A stretch of 64,000 nucleotides of DNA from Acetatifactor sp. (GCA_045659805.1 JAZRCR010000094.1:29684-93683); one strand, 5' to 3'. Positions 1-11,600 are shown, numbered from the stretch's first letter. Program-made: numbers and translations. The notes: generated by a model from the sequence alone, not told the origin.

Positions 1-1
1 C

Positions 2-331
2 TTTATGGCACTGGAGGCTGCAAAGCTTTCCGGTTCCGGTATCGGTGTGGGCATCCAGTCCAAGGGTACCACCGTTATCCACCAGAAGGATCTCTATCCC
101 CTTTCCAATCTGGAGCTGTTTCCCCAGGCCCCTCTTATGAACCTGGAGACTTACCGTCAGATCGGTAAGAACGCAGCCAAGTATGTAAAGGGTGAGCAGG
201 TAGTTCCTGTTCCATGTACCAACGATCCGATGTCCAGACCCAAGTATCAGGTGAAGGCAGCTCTGATGCACATTGCAGAGACGGAGCAGCTGGATCCCAA
301 GGTGGGCGCTATTGAATGGGAGGGAAAATAA
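2..331 (+). CDS. pduD: B12-dependent diol/glycerol dehydratase medium (beta) subunit, 3' part (start lies upstream of window)
   Basis: Motifs [35 protein letters not shown] and [29 protein letters not shown] are typical of PduD/DhaB2; frame is open from position 2. Confidence 0.92.
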   Translation, partial: FMALEAAKLSGSGIGVGIQSKGTTVIHQKDLYPLSNLELFPQAPLMNLETYRQIGKNAAKYVKGEQVVPVPCTNDPMSRPKYQVKAALMHIAETEQLDPKVGAIEWEGK

Positions 332-724
332 ATGAGATACCCTTTGGGCGAATATGAAAAAGACCGGGTACAGTCCAAGACCGGCAAGAAACTGACAGAC
401 ATCACCCTTGACGAAGTGATGAAGGGACACGTGTCTTCCGATGACATCAAGATTTCCAAGGAGATCCTGAAGGCTCAGGGTCAGGTTGCCCGTGAGAACG
501 GCAATGATCCCATGGAGAAGAACTTCGAGAGAGCTGCCGAGCTGGTGGACGTTCCCGATGAAGTGATCCTGAAGATGTACGACAAACTGCGCCCCAACCG
601 TTCCACCAAGCTGGAGCTGGTGATGATGGCTCAGGAACTGATTGAGAAATACAATGCCAAGAACTGTGCACGACTGGTGATGGAAGCAGTGGAAGTGTAC
701 GAGAAGAGAGGAATTTTGCTTTGA
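332..724 (+). CDS. pduE: Diol/glycerol dehydratase small (gamma) subunit
   Basis: YPL...TGKKL.DITL..V..G.....D..IS.E.L..Q..VA, NFERAAEL..VPD..IL..Y..LRP.RSTK; RBS GGAGG upstream. Confidence 0.92.
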   Translation: MRYPLGEYEKDRVQSKTGKKLTDITLDEVMKGHVSSDDIKISKEILKAQGQVARENGNDPMEKNFERAAELVDVPDEVILKMYDKLRPNRSTKLELVMMAQELIEKYNAKNCARLVMEAVEVYEKRGILL

Positions 725-2529
725 GACTGATCGCAGGAGTAGATATAGGCAATTCCACAACGGAAGTGTGTATCGGCCGGATAGACTCCACTCACAGAGT
801 GGACTTTTTGGCGAGCACATCATGCCCTACAACCGGAACCAAAGGTACGGTTGCTAATATCCATGCGATCAAAGCAGCGCTGAAGGGCGCTATGAGCAAG
901 ATCGGGAGAGAGATCAGCGATCTTTCCCTGATCCGTTTGAATGAGGCGGCGCCGGTTATCGGAGATACCGCTATGGAAACACTGACAGAGACCATCATTA
1001 CAGACTCCTCGATGATTGGTCACAATCCCTCGACGCCTGCTGGGGTAGGTCAGGCTGTGGGTGAGATTCTGAGGTTTGGAGAGGGGCGCAGGACCGTTCC
1101 CGGGAAACCGTACATTGTTGCGGTTCCCAAGGAATATCCTTATGAGGCTATTGCCGAGATCATTAACCGGCTTGCGCAGGAGATTGACATTGTGGGAATC
1201 ATCCTGCAGGCCGATGAGGCAGTGCTGGTGGAGAACCGTCTGAACAAAAAGGTTCCCATTGTAGACGAAGTGGCAAGAATCGACAAACTGCCGGGAGGTG
1301 TGATGGCAGCCATTGAGGTGGCACCGCCGGGGCAGACCGTCCGGATGCTTTCCAATCCCTACGGCATTGCCACACTTTTGAAATTGAATGCAGAAGAAAC
1401 CCGCATGATCACGCCCATCGCCAAGAGCCTGATCGGTAAGAGGAGTGCGGTTGTATTGAAGACTCCCGGGGGAAATGTGCAGGAGAATGTGCTCCCTGCA
1501 GGTGAGATCACTTTTAAAGCAGAGCGGGAAAGCCGGATCAACATTGATGAGGGTGCCGAGAAGATCATGCAGGCAGTCTCGGACGCAGGAAATATCTACG
1601 ATGTGATCGGCCAGCCCGACACCAATATCGGCAACATGTTTGCCAAGATCAGAAGTACCATGAAGGAGCTGAACGGCACTTCCGAGGAAGTTCATATTAC
1701 GGACATTTTAGCTGTGGATACCATGGCACCGGTGCTGATCTCCGGAGCCCTTGCCGGTGAGACCTGTCTGGAAAAGGCAGTGGGTGTTGCTGCAATGGTA
1801 AAGACCCAGCAGCTGCCCATGCAGAAAATCGCAGAGAAATTAAAAGCGGATCTGGGGATTGAAGTGGTGGTAGCCGGTGTGGAAGCTGTCATGGCAAGTC
1901 TCGGTGCACTCACCACTCCCGGTGTAAAACTGCCTTTGGCTATGCTTGATATGGGCGGCGGTTCCACGGATGCAGCTTTGGTAAATGAGAACGGTCAGGT
2001 TAAGATCACCCACCAGGCAGGTGCGGGAGAACTGGTATCCATGCTGATCCAGACGGAGCTTGGCCTGTCTGACAGACATGTGGCTGAACAGATCAAGAGA
2101 TATCCACTGGCAAAGGTGGAGAGCCTCTTCCACATGCGTATGGAGAACGGACAGATTACTTTCGTGGAGGATTCCATCGATCCCAGATTTTACGGAAGAG
2201 TGGTGATGCTTTCCGAGAGCGGACTCATCCGTATAGAAGAAGATATTCCCATGGAGAAGATCGTTCAGGTGAGAAGGGAAGCAAAGCAGAAGGTATTTGT
2301 GACCAATGCCATCAGAGCCCTGAAGACGGTTGCAACGGATCACAATCTGAAGAAGATTCCCAATGTGGTACTGGTCGGCGGATCCGCAGAGGATTTTGAG
2401 ATTCCTGAAATGCTCATGGAGGAATTTGCCAAATACATGATCGTATGCGGACGCGGTAATATCCGCGGTCAGGAGGGCCCGAGAAATGCGGTTGCCACCG
2501 GACTGGTTCTGTCCGCAATAGGAGAGTAA
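721..2529 (+). CDS. pduG: Diol dehydratase reactivase alpha subunit
   Basis: IAGVDIGNSTTEV, TTGTKGT..N, TETIITDSSMIGHNP.TP.G.G, DMGGGSTDAA, GNIRG.EGPRNAVATGL; TTG start overlaps the pduE stop (TTGA). Confidence 0.93.
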   Translation: MRLIAGVDIGNSTTEVCIGRIDSTHRVDFLASTSCPTTGTKGTVANIHAIKAALKGAMSKIGREISDLSLIRLNEAAPVIGDTAMETLTETIITDSSMIGHNPSTPAGVGQAVGEILRFGEGRRTVPGKPYIVAVPKEYPYEAIAEIINRLAQEIDIVGIILQADEAVLVENRLNKKVPIVDEVARIDKLPGGVMAAIEVAPPGQTVRMLSNPYGIATLLKLNAEETRMITPIAKSLIGKRSAVVLKTPGGNVQENVLPAGEITFKAERESRINIDEGAEKIMQAVSDAGNIYDVIGQPDTNIGNMFAKIRSTMKELNGTSEEVHITDILAVDTMAPVLISGALAGETCLEKAVGVAAMVKTQQLPMQKIAEKLKADLGIEVVVAGVEAVMASLGALTTPGVKLPLAMLDMGGGSTDAALVNENGQVKITHQAGAGELVSMLIQTELGLSDRHVAEQIKRYPLAKVESLFHMRMENGQITFVEDSIDPRFYGRVVMLSESGLIRIEEDIPMEKIVQVRREAKQKVFVTNAIRALKTVATDHNLKKIPNVVLVGGSAEDFEIPEMLMEEFAKYMIVCGRGNIRGQEGPRNAVATGLVLSAIGE

Positions 2530-2531
2530 GA

Positions 2532-2867
2532 ATGATCGTAAACAGACCTTCTATCTATATCTATGTGAACCGCCCCAATCAGACAGTGCTCCGGGAGATC
2601 TGCTCCGGGATTGAAGAGGAAGGCGTGTTCTATGAGATCACCGAGAGACAGGAGCAGGATCTGAATCAGCTGGCATGGAAAGCAGCCAACGATTCTATGC
2701 TGGGCTCCGGAATCGGTGTGAAGGAAGACAGCGCGGCATTTCTGATCCGCGGCCTGAAAGAAGGTAAAAATATAGAGTATTATGCCTATCCCTCCGATGA
2801 GGAGAGCAGAAGGATGGGCTCCAACAGTGCAAGAGCAATTAAGAAGCAGGCATTTAAGGGTGTCTGA
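2532..2867 (+). CDS. pduH: Diol dehydratase reactivase beta subunit
   Basis: RPSI, GIEEEG.F, LAW.AA..S.LG.GIG, R.MG.N.AR..K..F motifs; operon position. Confidence 0.88.
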   Translation: MIVNRPSIYIYVNRPNQTVLREICSGIEEEGVFYEITERQEQDLNQLAWKAANDSMLGSGIGVKEDSAAFLIRGLKEGKNIEYYAYPSDEESRRMGSNSARAIKKQAFKGV

Positions 2868-2885
2868 CAGTAAAGGGAGATTGCA

Positions 2886-3446
2886 ATGAAGGTTTACACC
2901 AAAAAGGGAGACAACGGAATGACCTCTCTTCTGGACGGAACTTGGGTATCCAAGTCCGACGAGCGCATGGACCTGATCGGGACTGTAGATGAACTGAACA
3001 GTCACATCGGTCTGGCAAAAGTAGCAGCAGATGATGCTGTGAAAGAAAAGCTTGAGATCGTTCAGAGAGAATTAATGACAGTGATGTCAGGCGTTGCCGC
3101 CCACAGAGACAGAAGATATAAAATAACAGAAGAACAGGTTTCCCGGCTGGAGCAGGAGATCGATGCTATGGAAGATACTTTCCCCAGAGAGAAGGGATTT
3201 GTTCTGTACGGCGGCTGCGAACTCTCCGCGAGACTGGACGTGGCAAGAGCTGTAGCCCGCAGGGCTGAGAGAATGTTTCGCAAGGTGCAGCTTCGTTACG
3301 GCGCAGACCCGTTGGCAATGCGCTATGTGAACCGCCTGTCTGACTACCTTTATATCCTGGCGCGCTGTGCCGATCATCAGTCCAGACAGAACGATAAACA
3401 GGTGGAAGACATTATCAGGCAGGTAATGAAACATATGGATCTGTAA
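2886..3446 (+). CDS. pduO: PduO-type ATP:cob(I)alamin adenosyltransferase
   Basis: KVYTKKGD.G.TSL..G..V.K.D.R...GTVDELNSHIG, ARAVARRAER, YVNRLSDYLY.LAR. Confidence 0.92.
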   Translation: MKVYTKKGDNGMTSLLDGTWVSKSDERMDLIGTVDELNSHIGLAKVAADDAVKEKLEIVQRELMTVMSGVAAHRDRRYKITEEQVSRLEQEIDAMEDTFPREKGFVLYGGCELSARLDVARAVARRAERMFRKVQLRYGADPLAMRYVNRLSDYLYILARCADHQSRQNDKQVEDIIRQVMKHMDL

Positions 3447-3544
3447 TCTCATATGTGTTTTTGATTCCGGATTAACAAAACCGGATAAAGAATCCGACTT
3501 ATAGTTGATTCGAATAATAGAATAAAGTGAATCAGTCGTTTGAC

Positions 3545-3755
3545 AGATGCAAAGGAGCCCAAAGGCTTCCGGAAATCACGGTGAGATCCCGTGTACAGTT
3601 TTATCCCTACTGTAATAGACGACGAAAGCTGCATAACCATTGAGCGTAAGCTTGAGAAGGGCAGTGAGTAGGATTGAGTCTGAGTCAGGATACAGGTATC
3701 TGAAGACTGATATATAGTATATCTGGAGGCATAAAGCAGATACCTATTTTTGTTT
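3545..3755 (+). ncRNA. Cobalamin riboswitch 1 (divergent aptamer) with terminator-like expression platform
   Basis: GGAAAT-CACGGTGAGATCCCGTG (P4/T-loop), P5 TACAGT/ACTGTA, CCATTG..GAGAAGG, B12-box-like GAGTCAGGATAC. L5 TTTATCCCT (3600-3608) pairs 8/9 with AGGCATAAA (3727-3735) in the loop of hairpin TATCTG/CAGATA, which is followed by a T-rich tract. Confidence 0.75.
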
Positions 3756-3789
3756 GCTTAAGATAGTAAATTGAATAAATCGATCATAT

Positions 3790-4085
3790 ATTACTCATGT
3801 CCCTGCGTGCTGTGTGCACTGACGCAGGGATGAGGGAATCCGGTGTGAATCCGGAGCATAGCCAGAATACTGTATTTGTAAGAGGATGCTGCTCATGACG
3901 AGAGTCGGTCATTGGCAAAAGCTGAGAAGGCGGAGCAGCAAACGCGGGACGAATAATAAGTTCCACATTACATAAGCCAGGAGACCTATGATGTTAAAAG
4001 CAGAGACGGAAAGTGTTGGCGCTGAACGTATCACGAAATTTTGGCCGTGATAGGGATTTTATGCCTATTTGCGGCTTTTTTTAGC
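3790..4085 (+). ncRNA. Cobalamin riboswitch 2 with expression platform
   Basis: P2 TCCCTGCGT/ACGCAGGGA, AGGGAATCCGGTGTGAATCCGG, TACTGTA, CATTG..GAGAAGG, B12 box AAGCCAGGAGACC. L5 GCCAGAAT (3861-3868) is complementary (one G-U) to ATTTTGGC (4038-4045) in hairpin TATCACG/CGTGATA; T-run at ~4076-4082. Confidence 0.9.
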
Positions 4086-4193
4086 TAATTGATCGAAAAA
4101 CATGGGGAAGTCCAACCCCGAAAACGTGCACTTTGGAATAGATATCGTTTTTTATAGGAACAGTCTGGTCCTATAAAAGGAAAAGGAGGACAA

Positions 4194-5576
4194 ATGAAGA
4201 AGAAAATATTATTAAATTTCTGCATGGTGCTTACCATTATCCTGGTGGCAGTATGTGGAATCCTGGCAGTAGGAAGTGTAAAGGGCTGGTTTGATGACAG
4301 TACGGAAAGCAGTACTTTAACTGTTACGGAGAAGACCGGTATTGCCATGATTGAAAGAAACGGTATTGCCTATGAAGTCAGAGAAGGAACGGTAGTGCGG
4401 GAAGGTGATATCCTGTATACCAAGAATGCTTCCACCCTGCAGATTGGGGACGCAGAAAAGTCCAGGATCAGTCTGGACGGCAATGCTGAGATCTCCATAC
4501 AGGCAGTGGGAGAAGCGATATCCGTAGAAGTGTTGAAGGGAGACGCCCTGTTGGATGCCAGGGGAATAACCGGTGTATCAGCAGTGTCCGGGGAAACCAA
4601 TGTATGTGTAGACGGTGCTGTGGTATCTGTATCCACCCAGGCCGGCTCCGGTATGGTATATGTTTATTCCGGAAGTGTCTCTGCAACAAAAGCGGAAGAG
4701 ACGGTCAATGCGGGTGTCGGTCAATCGGTTACGATGGTGGACAACTCTGACAAAATGGATGTAGCATCCTTTAGGGTGAACAGCTTAAGTGACACCCAGA
4801 TGATCAAGCTTTCCAAATGCGGTATGGATGAGACTTTCTGCTTCACAGAGGCTGAGCTGGAAGATGTGCAGATAGCCAGGGCAGCTGAGAAACAAAAGGC
4901 TCAGCAGCAACTGATTGCACTGAAGGAAGAGCAGGCCCGTGAAAGAGCAGAAGCAGAGAAGAAGGCAGAGGCAGAAAAGCGGGCTGAGGAGGCAAGAAAG
5001 GCCGAAGAAGCCAGAAAAGCGGAAGAAGCCCGGAAAGCAGAGGAAGCGAAAAGAGCAGAAGAAGCCGAGAAGCAGGAAGCTGTCTCCGAAAGCAGTACAA
5101 CTGCAGATCCTCAGCAGCCGTCTTCGGAAAAACTATCGGCACCTGAGCAGCCTCCGGCACCGGAAGATACATTCCTGTATTGTACCATTGAAATTCGCTG
5201 TGACAGCATACTGAACAACATGGGCAATCTGGCTGCCGGCAAAGAAGGTTATGTACCGGCTGACGGAACGATATTGGGAACTTCGGTAGTTTCCTTTACA
5301 GATGGAGAGACGGTATTTGATGTATTGACCAGAGTCTGCAGCAGTACAGGGATTCAGATTGAGTATTCCTGGACACCTATGTATGACAGCTACTACATTG
5401 AAGGTATCAATAATTTGTACGAGTTCGACTGCGGTAACCAATCCGGATGGATGTATAAAGTAAACGGATGGTTCCCCAATTACGGATGCTCCGGCTACAT
5501 CTTACAGGACGGAGACACTATTGTGTGGTGCTATACCTGTAACGGACTGGGTGCCGATGTAGGCGGGGGGATGTAA
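4194..5576 (+). CDS. Membrane-anchored FecR-like domain + coiled-coil stalk + C-terminal DUF4430 (transcobalamin beta-domain-like) protein
   Basis: N-terminal TM; FecR-like G.VVREGD.L.T...S..I......I.L..NAEI.I; C-terminal CTIEIRCD.IL, GETVFDVL, YIEGINNLYEFDCG..SGWMY.VNG.FP.YG.S...L.DGD.I.W.YT; strong RBS AAGGAGG. Confidence 0.8.
   Translation: MKKKILLNFCMVLTIILVAVCGILAVGSVKGWFDDSTESSTLTVTEKTGIAMIERNGIAYEVREGTVVREGDILYTKNASTLQIGDAEKSRISLDGNAEISIQAVGEAISVEVLKGDALLDARGITGVSAVSGETNVCVDGAVVSVSTQAGSGMVYVYSGSVSATKAEETVNAGVGQSVTMVDNSDKMDVASFRVNSLSDTQMIKLSKCGMDETFCFTEAELEDVQIARAAEKQKAQQQLIALKEEQARERAEAEKKAEAEKRAEEARKAEEARKAEEARKAEEAKRAEEAEKQEAVSESSTTADPQQPSSEKLSAPEQPPAPEDTFLYCTIEIRCDSILNNMGNLAAGKEGYVPADGTILGTSVVSFTDGETVFDVLTRVCSSTGIQIEYSWTPMYDSYYIEGINNLYEFDCGNQSGWMYKVNGWFPNYGCSGYILQDGDTIVWCYTCNGLGADVGGGM
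4975..5070 (+). repeat. Intragenic 18-nt (AEEARK)n coiled-coil repeats
   Basis: Translation RAEEARKAEEARKAEEARKAEEAKRAEEAEK. Confidence 0.85.
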
Positions 5577-5631
5577 AAATATCAGAGAAAAATAAGAGAA
5601 TATCAGTAAATTGTGAAATGGAGGAAAGAAC

Positions 5632-8600
5632 ATGAGAAGGACAAAATTAAAAATAAGAATTTTGTCATGGGTATTAAGTATTTTGATGTTATTGACGGCT
5701 GTTCCTGCGTATGCGGCAGAAACGGTGTCAGGGAATGGCGAATATGAGCTGAAAGTGCTGACATTTGAGGACAGTGACTATAAAGGAAATGGAAACTTTG
5801 TTGGTGAAAATGATTGGACTTCGTTAATTGATACGGATAATCAGTATTCAGGACCTTTGCTTTATGGCGACGGTATGGGATACTATTCAGAGGAAGAGGC
5901 GTTTCAATGGTATGATGAGGGGAATACGGAACTTCAGCATATAATGCCCTATAATTACGGTGTCTATTGTTATTTTGGAGGAGGGCATGCGGTTTCCAAT
6001 TATGTTTCCGGTGATTATGAAACATATGGTGATTATACGAATCAGTTGACGGTATACAAAAACGGTGTTTCCGAAATAGGTACAGGCGGGGGCGGATATA
6101 ATGGATCAGATAACTTCGCAGTACATTATGGTTACATGGATGGATCGTCCTATAATGGTACCGAGGAACTGTCGTCTTTGTCTTTTGGAGACGGTAAGGC
6201 CCGTGTGATTGATCATATGTATGTGAACAATACGATCTATGCATTGAACTGTTTTTTGGGCGGCAATGATTTAACGCAGCCTTTGTCTGAGACAGATAAT
6301 GTAAAAGTGATTGCCACAGGATATCATGAGGATGGCACAACGTCTCAGACGGAAATCTGTTTGGCTGACGGACCGGAAAATGTCATAACGGAGTGGACAA
6401 AATGGGAGTTATCCGGTTTAGGAAAAGTGACAAAAATAGAGTTTAATGTTTTAGGCACGAACGACAACGGATATGGTTTTTCGCAGCCGGGATATTTTGC
6501 CTATGACAATGTGGCAGTTCGGTTTGAGAAAGAAGCAGAAGATGACACCCAGCAGACAGAGCCTGTTACATTAAGTATTTTTGCCAATAATGAGGCGGTT
6601 ACTCTGACAGATAATTTGTCAAGTTATGGCTACGTTTATGCCATTATACCTTCCGGCAGCGACCTGACCATGAAGTATTCGGATGTAAAAGAAACTATCA
6701 CATTAATGAATTTTAATGTGCTGAATACAGTACCTTATACTTCAGATACTGCAGGGGAGTTTACGATTGCAGCAGCAGACCTTCAGGCAAACTACTCCAC
6801 GATGTACAATGGTTATTTGAAAGACCGCTTTGGATTGACCTTGAGCAATGCAGACAGTAAGTATGTGATTCTGGATGTTGAGGATGGCAGTATCAATGGT
6901 GGTAATAACTATGCATTTATTATCGAAGTACTGCCTTGTACCCATGAATGGAAGGATGCGAATTGTTCCGCACCCAAGACCTGTGCCTTGTGCAGTGCAA
7001 CTGAAGGAGAGAAGGTTGCGGATGCCCACAGTTATGTAGATGGTGCTTGTGAGTACTGCGGAAAACTGGAACTGGAGCCAACTCTTATCATCAATGCCGG
7101 TACAGGCTGGAGCAGTATTGACTGGCCCTATCAGGGATGTAATATCAATAAAGTCGCCGTAAATAACGTGAAAGTGGATAACTTCACAGTAAATGGAAGC
7201 ACCTACTATATTACTCTTGACTCCGGTGTTGCTGCTGACGATATTGTGGAACTGGGCATCGGTACCAACCTTCAGTATTCTAATCTGTGGGTGCTGGTTG
7301 ACGGAGTATGTATTACCGAAAGTCCTATATCTGCAAGCACTGATTTTATTCACGAAGTGCAACTGGTAAACGGAGCAGCAACTGTGGTGATCGGAGGCTG
7401 TCCCGGCTATAATGAAGGAAATTATATTCAGCAATACGCTGTGAACAAGACATTCCATTTTTCTACCAGCGGTCAGTTCCCGGTAGCTCCTATGCTGGCG
7501 GGTGGTTCCACCACAGCAGCATTGCGTGCACAGGATGACACCTGGTCTATTGACTTGGCAACATTGTTTAATAATGTCAGTGACAGCACGATGACCTATT
7601 ATGTTGCCATTGACGGCGGCGAAGCGATCGAGTGTGATGCAGATTACATTTATACATGTGATACTTCCGGTACCCGCAAGCTGGTATTTACCGCAGTAAA
7701 CAGCTACGGCAACAGCCCTGTTTATACTGCAACATTGACAGTGCTTCCGGAGGAAGCAATTCAGACCGTGAACTATGAAGTGGACGGCGGTATTATTACT
7801 TGGTTTGCATTTACGGATGATAAACTGAATCCACTGCCGGAGGGCACTACCTATAGCTGGGATGAGGAAAACGTAACGTTCTCCATCGTTCAGCCTGCAG
7901 ATATTAATCTGACGGGCAAGGTAATGACCTTTTATAATCTGGTGAAGGATGATCCTTCTGCTAAGCTGCCTCTGTTGACCGGCTCTACACAGACTGCAGG
8001 AGCAGGTACTTATTGGGATGGCGGTGTACGGAATCAGCAGACTAATACTTTGTCCAACGGTACGGTAAATGCAGCTGTTTACTTGTATGAAACAGCCCCC
8101 AGCGGCGGCAATAATAAATACACTACCATTAAGTTTGCATACAGCCGTCTCCGTCCGGATACCTATTTTGAGTATACCGTGGATGGTAATGCAACTTTAA
8201 CCATCGTGGGTGACAAGGGTGGTGTTAACAGTCATTACTGGACAGCAGCTCGCGAAGTTCATATTGCTCTGAACAAAGAAACTCCGGCAGATGGAATTAT
8301 TTCCTGTCTGGAAAAGTCTAACAGTATTATTCTGGCAAATGGTGAGGGTAAGTTCACCTACAAGACCGGGCCATGGTACGATGAGGTTACGTGGACGATC
8401 AAATATAAGATTGACGACCTACCTGCTTTGACAGAAGGTGTTGAAGTATCTACAGATGAGACGATACCTTGTCTGGAAACATATACTCTGGATTTGGCAC
8501 CTTTGTTTGCTGATGCTGACGAAGCAGATACTTTGACCTATCAGGTGAAGTTGAATGACGGCGAATGGGAAAATCTGGAAGGAAGTATCTTTACTTATGT

Positions 8601-11600
8601 GCCGGAGGCGGCTCAGGACTATGTATTTACCTTCCGTGTTTATGACGGGTTTATTTATTCCGAGGATACTTATACCGTAAATATGACTGCTGAAAATGCA
8701 GATGCTGTTTACACAGTTACTGTAAAGAATGTACCGGAAGGTATCGAATTCTACTGCAACGCAGGCTTTGATGAGAACGGCAACGACTTGCTTGGACTTG
8801 CTGTTGAAACAGTAGAGAACACCGACGGTATCGTTACTTTGAAAATACCTTCCAATGTAAGCCGCATCAGCTGGCGTGCAGAGGGTATCGGTATGAGTGC
8901 GGAAGTTTCCGAAGATGCGGAATTGACATTAATAGAAGCTGATTTTACCGTTATGGCCGGTGAGGAAGAAGATACCGGTGCAGTTGTGGCAGTCAAATAC
9001 GGTGATTATACGGTAGTTGGTTCTGCCAACAAGTTCCTGTTGTTACAGGCGGAAGACTACACCTATTCAGTAACGGCAGGCAATACTGCATACCGAAATG
9101 GTACATTAGAAAATCAGACTCCTGTTACCGGTGAGAATGTGATTGATCTGGTGAACAAGCACTTTACTGTCACTGCACCTGCAGGTTCTGTGGTTTCTGC
9201 CGGCTCTTTATCCGGTTCTTACAGCTATTACTTTGAAGAACCGCTGAGTGTAGAAACTGTTGATGATACAGTTGTCTATAAGTTTGCTCCTGTATCGGTT
9301 GGTTACAATCCTTTTATTCGTGTTCAGCGTCCGGATGATCCGGATGCAGTGACTTATTGGAATTATAATGTGAGTCTTTCTGATGGTAAGGAATTTACCA
9401 TTACCGAGGATATGCTCTTTATGAACGATGACGGTGAGTATGATGCAGATACGGTTTACCGGAATTTTGAAAAGTATTTCCTGGATCTGGCAGATATTTA
9501 TATGAATATCAATGCCAAGGGTTATATTGACCTGGAAGTGGGCGGAACAAAGCAGTTGAATATGTTCCGTAACTGGCAGGCAATAGAAGGTATCAGCAAT
9601 TCCAAGATTGCCCAACCTGATTTCAGTTATGAAATTATTACATTGGATGGATCTGATGTTATTTCTATCGAAGCAGATAGCAACAACTCCGGTGTAGCAA
9701 CTTTGACTGCCAAGAACGAAGGTACTGCCATCGTTTTGGTGACTTACGATGCGATGTACAGCACTTTGACTTGCAGTGGTGCCTCAGGCGGTAACGGCGG
9801 TGCCAGACAGTTCTCCGCTATCTGGCCTGAACGAACCGGTGTGTTTGTGGTCAGTGTCGGCAAGGATGGTTCCGCCATCGAAACCAATATGCTTTGTAAC
9901 GGCAAGGCTCTTGATGCAGAACATTCTCCTCAGTTCTATACCGGTACTGCAGGTGCTTTCGTAAGCTTTAAGCCGGAAAGTGGTTGCACCGTTACAGTAA
10001 ATCGCAGCGTTGTAGGAGAGGAAACACTTAGCTTTGGTGAATTTACCGCCGAAGGTGTTACAGTTGCTGAGGATGGAACAGTTACCGTTTCCGGTCTGAC
10101 CAGCGGACGACACATTATTCGTGTGGAAAAGGACGGCCTGTACACTTATCAAGTAGTAACCGCACAGCAGGTAACTGTTGATATTAAGGATGCGGAAGGC
10201 AATCCTGTTACTGAGGATACAGTGCTGGATGCCGGTGAGACAATCAAAATTACCGTTACCGGTTTGACCAGCCCCGCAGAAAAGCTGGCCACCGCATATA
10301 ATTTCAACTGGCAGATTACTTATCTGGATCAGGAAGGAAATGCGTATAAAAACAGTGCAGGTACCAGTTATGGTCGCTACGATTTCAGCAGCACTCCTCA
10401 AGTGTTAACCGTGACAATACCTGCGGATTGGTCCGGTGATACGATGACATTGAATGGTTATATCGTTGCCGGAGGTTATGGCGGTAAGTCCATTGGCGGT
10501 CACAGAGAGATGACATATGTGGGATCCGGCATGGCAAATGGTGAGCCTCCTGCAGGTACTAATCTGGGTACATTGCCTGGGATTACTCTGAATGTTAAGC
10601 CTATGCCCATCCCTGCTACCGGAGTAACGCTGGATAAGGAGATTGCTGAACTGCGTGTAACTGAGAACATAACATTGACGGCAACAGTTACTCCTGAAAA
10701 TACCACAGAGAAGGCTGTTTGGACTTCTTCCGATGAGACCGTTGCCATCGTGGAGAACGGTGTGATAACAGCAAAAGCTGCGGGTAGTACTACGGTTACC
10801 GTAACTGTCGGTACTTACAGTGCTTATTGTGTTGTGACTGTACTGGCTCCCATAGAGGTTACACAGGTGACCTTGAATCAGACCACGGCAAAACTGGAAC
10901 CCGGAAAGCTGTTGTATCTTGCTGCCACGGTAACACCGGAGGATGCTACCGACAAGACTGTTACATGGACTTCTTCCGATACGGAAGTAGCAAGTGTGGA
11001 TGCAAACGGTGTCGTTACCGCTAAGACAGAAGGTACGGCTGTTATTACCGCCAAGGCCGGTGATATCACTTCTGATTGTTCGGTAACTGTAGAGAAGAAG
11101 GAAGATATCGATGATACAGTTACGGTATATTTGTCCATCTCACACGATGCACAATTTGTAAAACCTGATGCATCCGGTATCGTGATGGCAATGCAAAAGG
11201 TAGATGTGCCTTATTTTGACCTGTCCCTGTACGGTCTGGAGGCTTATAAGATTCCGGAAGGTAATGATGATTACGGCAAGATTACAGCAATGCACCTGTA
11301 TCTCTACGCAACAGAAGTGTTCTATTGTGGTATTGATGCAGCAGATGCAGGCAAGGGTTATTTGTATACACAAGGTATCCTTGGAACGGATGCACTGACA
11401 ATAACCGGAAGTGCAGGTTCCTCCTACATGAACAAATTCTGGGGTTATGATGAGAATTTGAATTATTATCTCAATTACCAATATCCCACATATGCGGGTA
11501 CTACCATTGGTGCCACCGCGGACCGCATTATTTTAAGTGATGGCGATATCGTAACAGTTGGTCATTTTGACAATTGGGCCTTCTACGAAGATCCTGCCAG

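Noticed and set aside
4095-4180. Third riboswitch (for example c-di-GMP) before the first B12-operon gene
   Set aside because: Only a simple TTTTATAGGA/TCCTATAAAA hairpin near the RBS; no aptamer consensus
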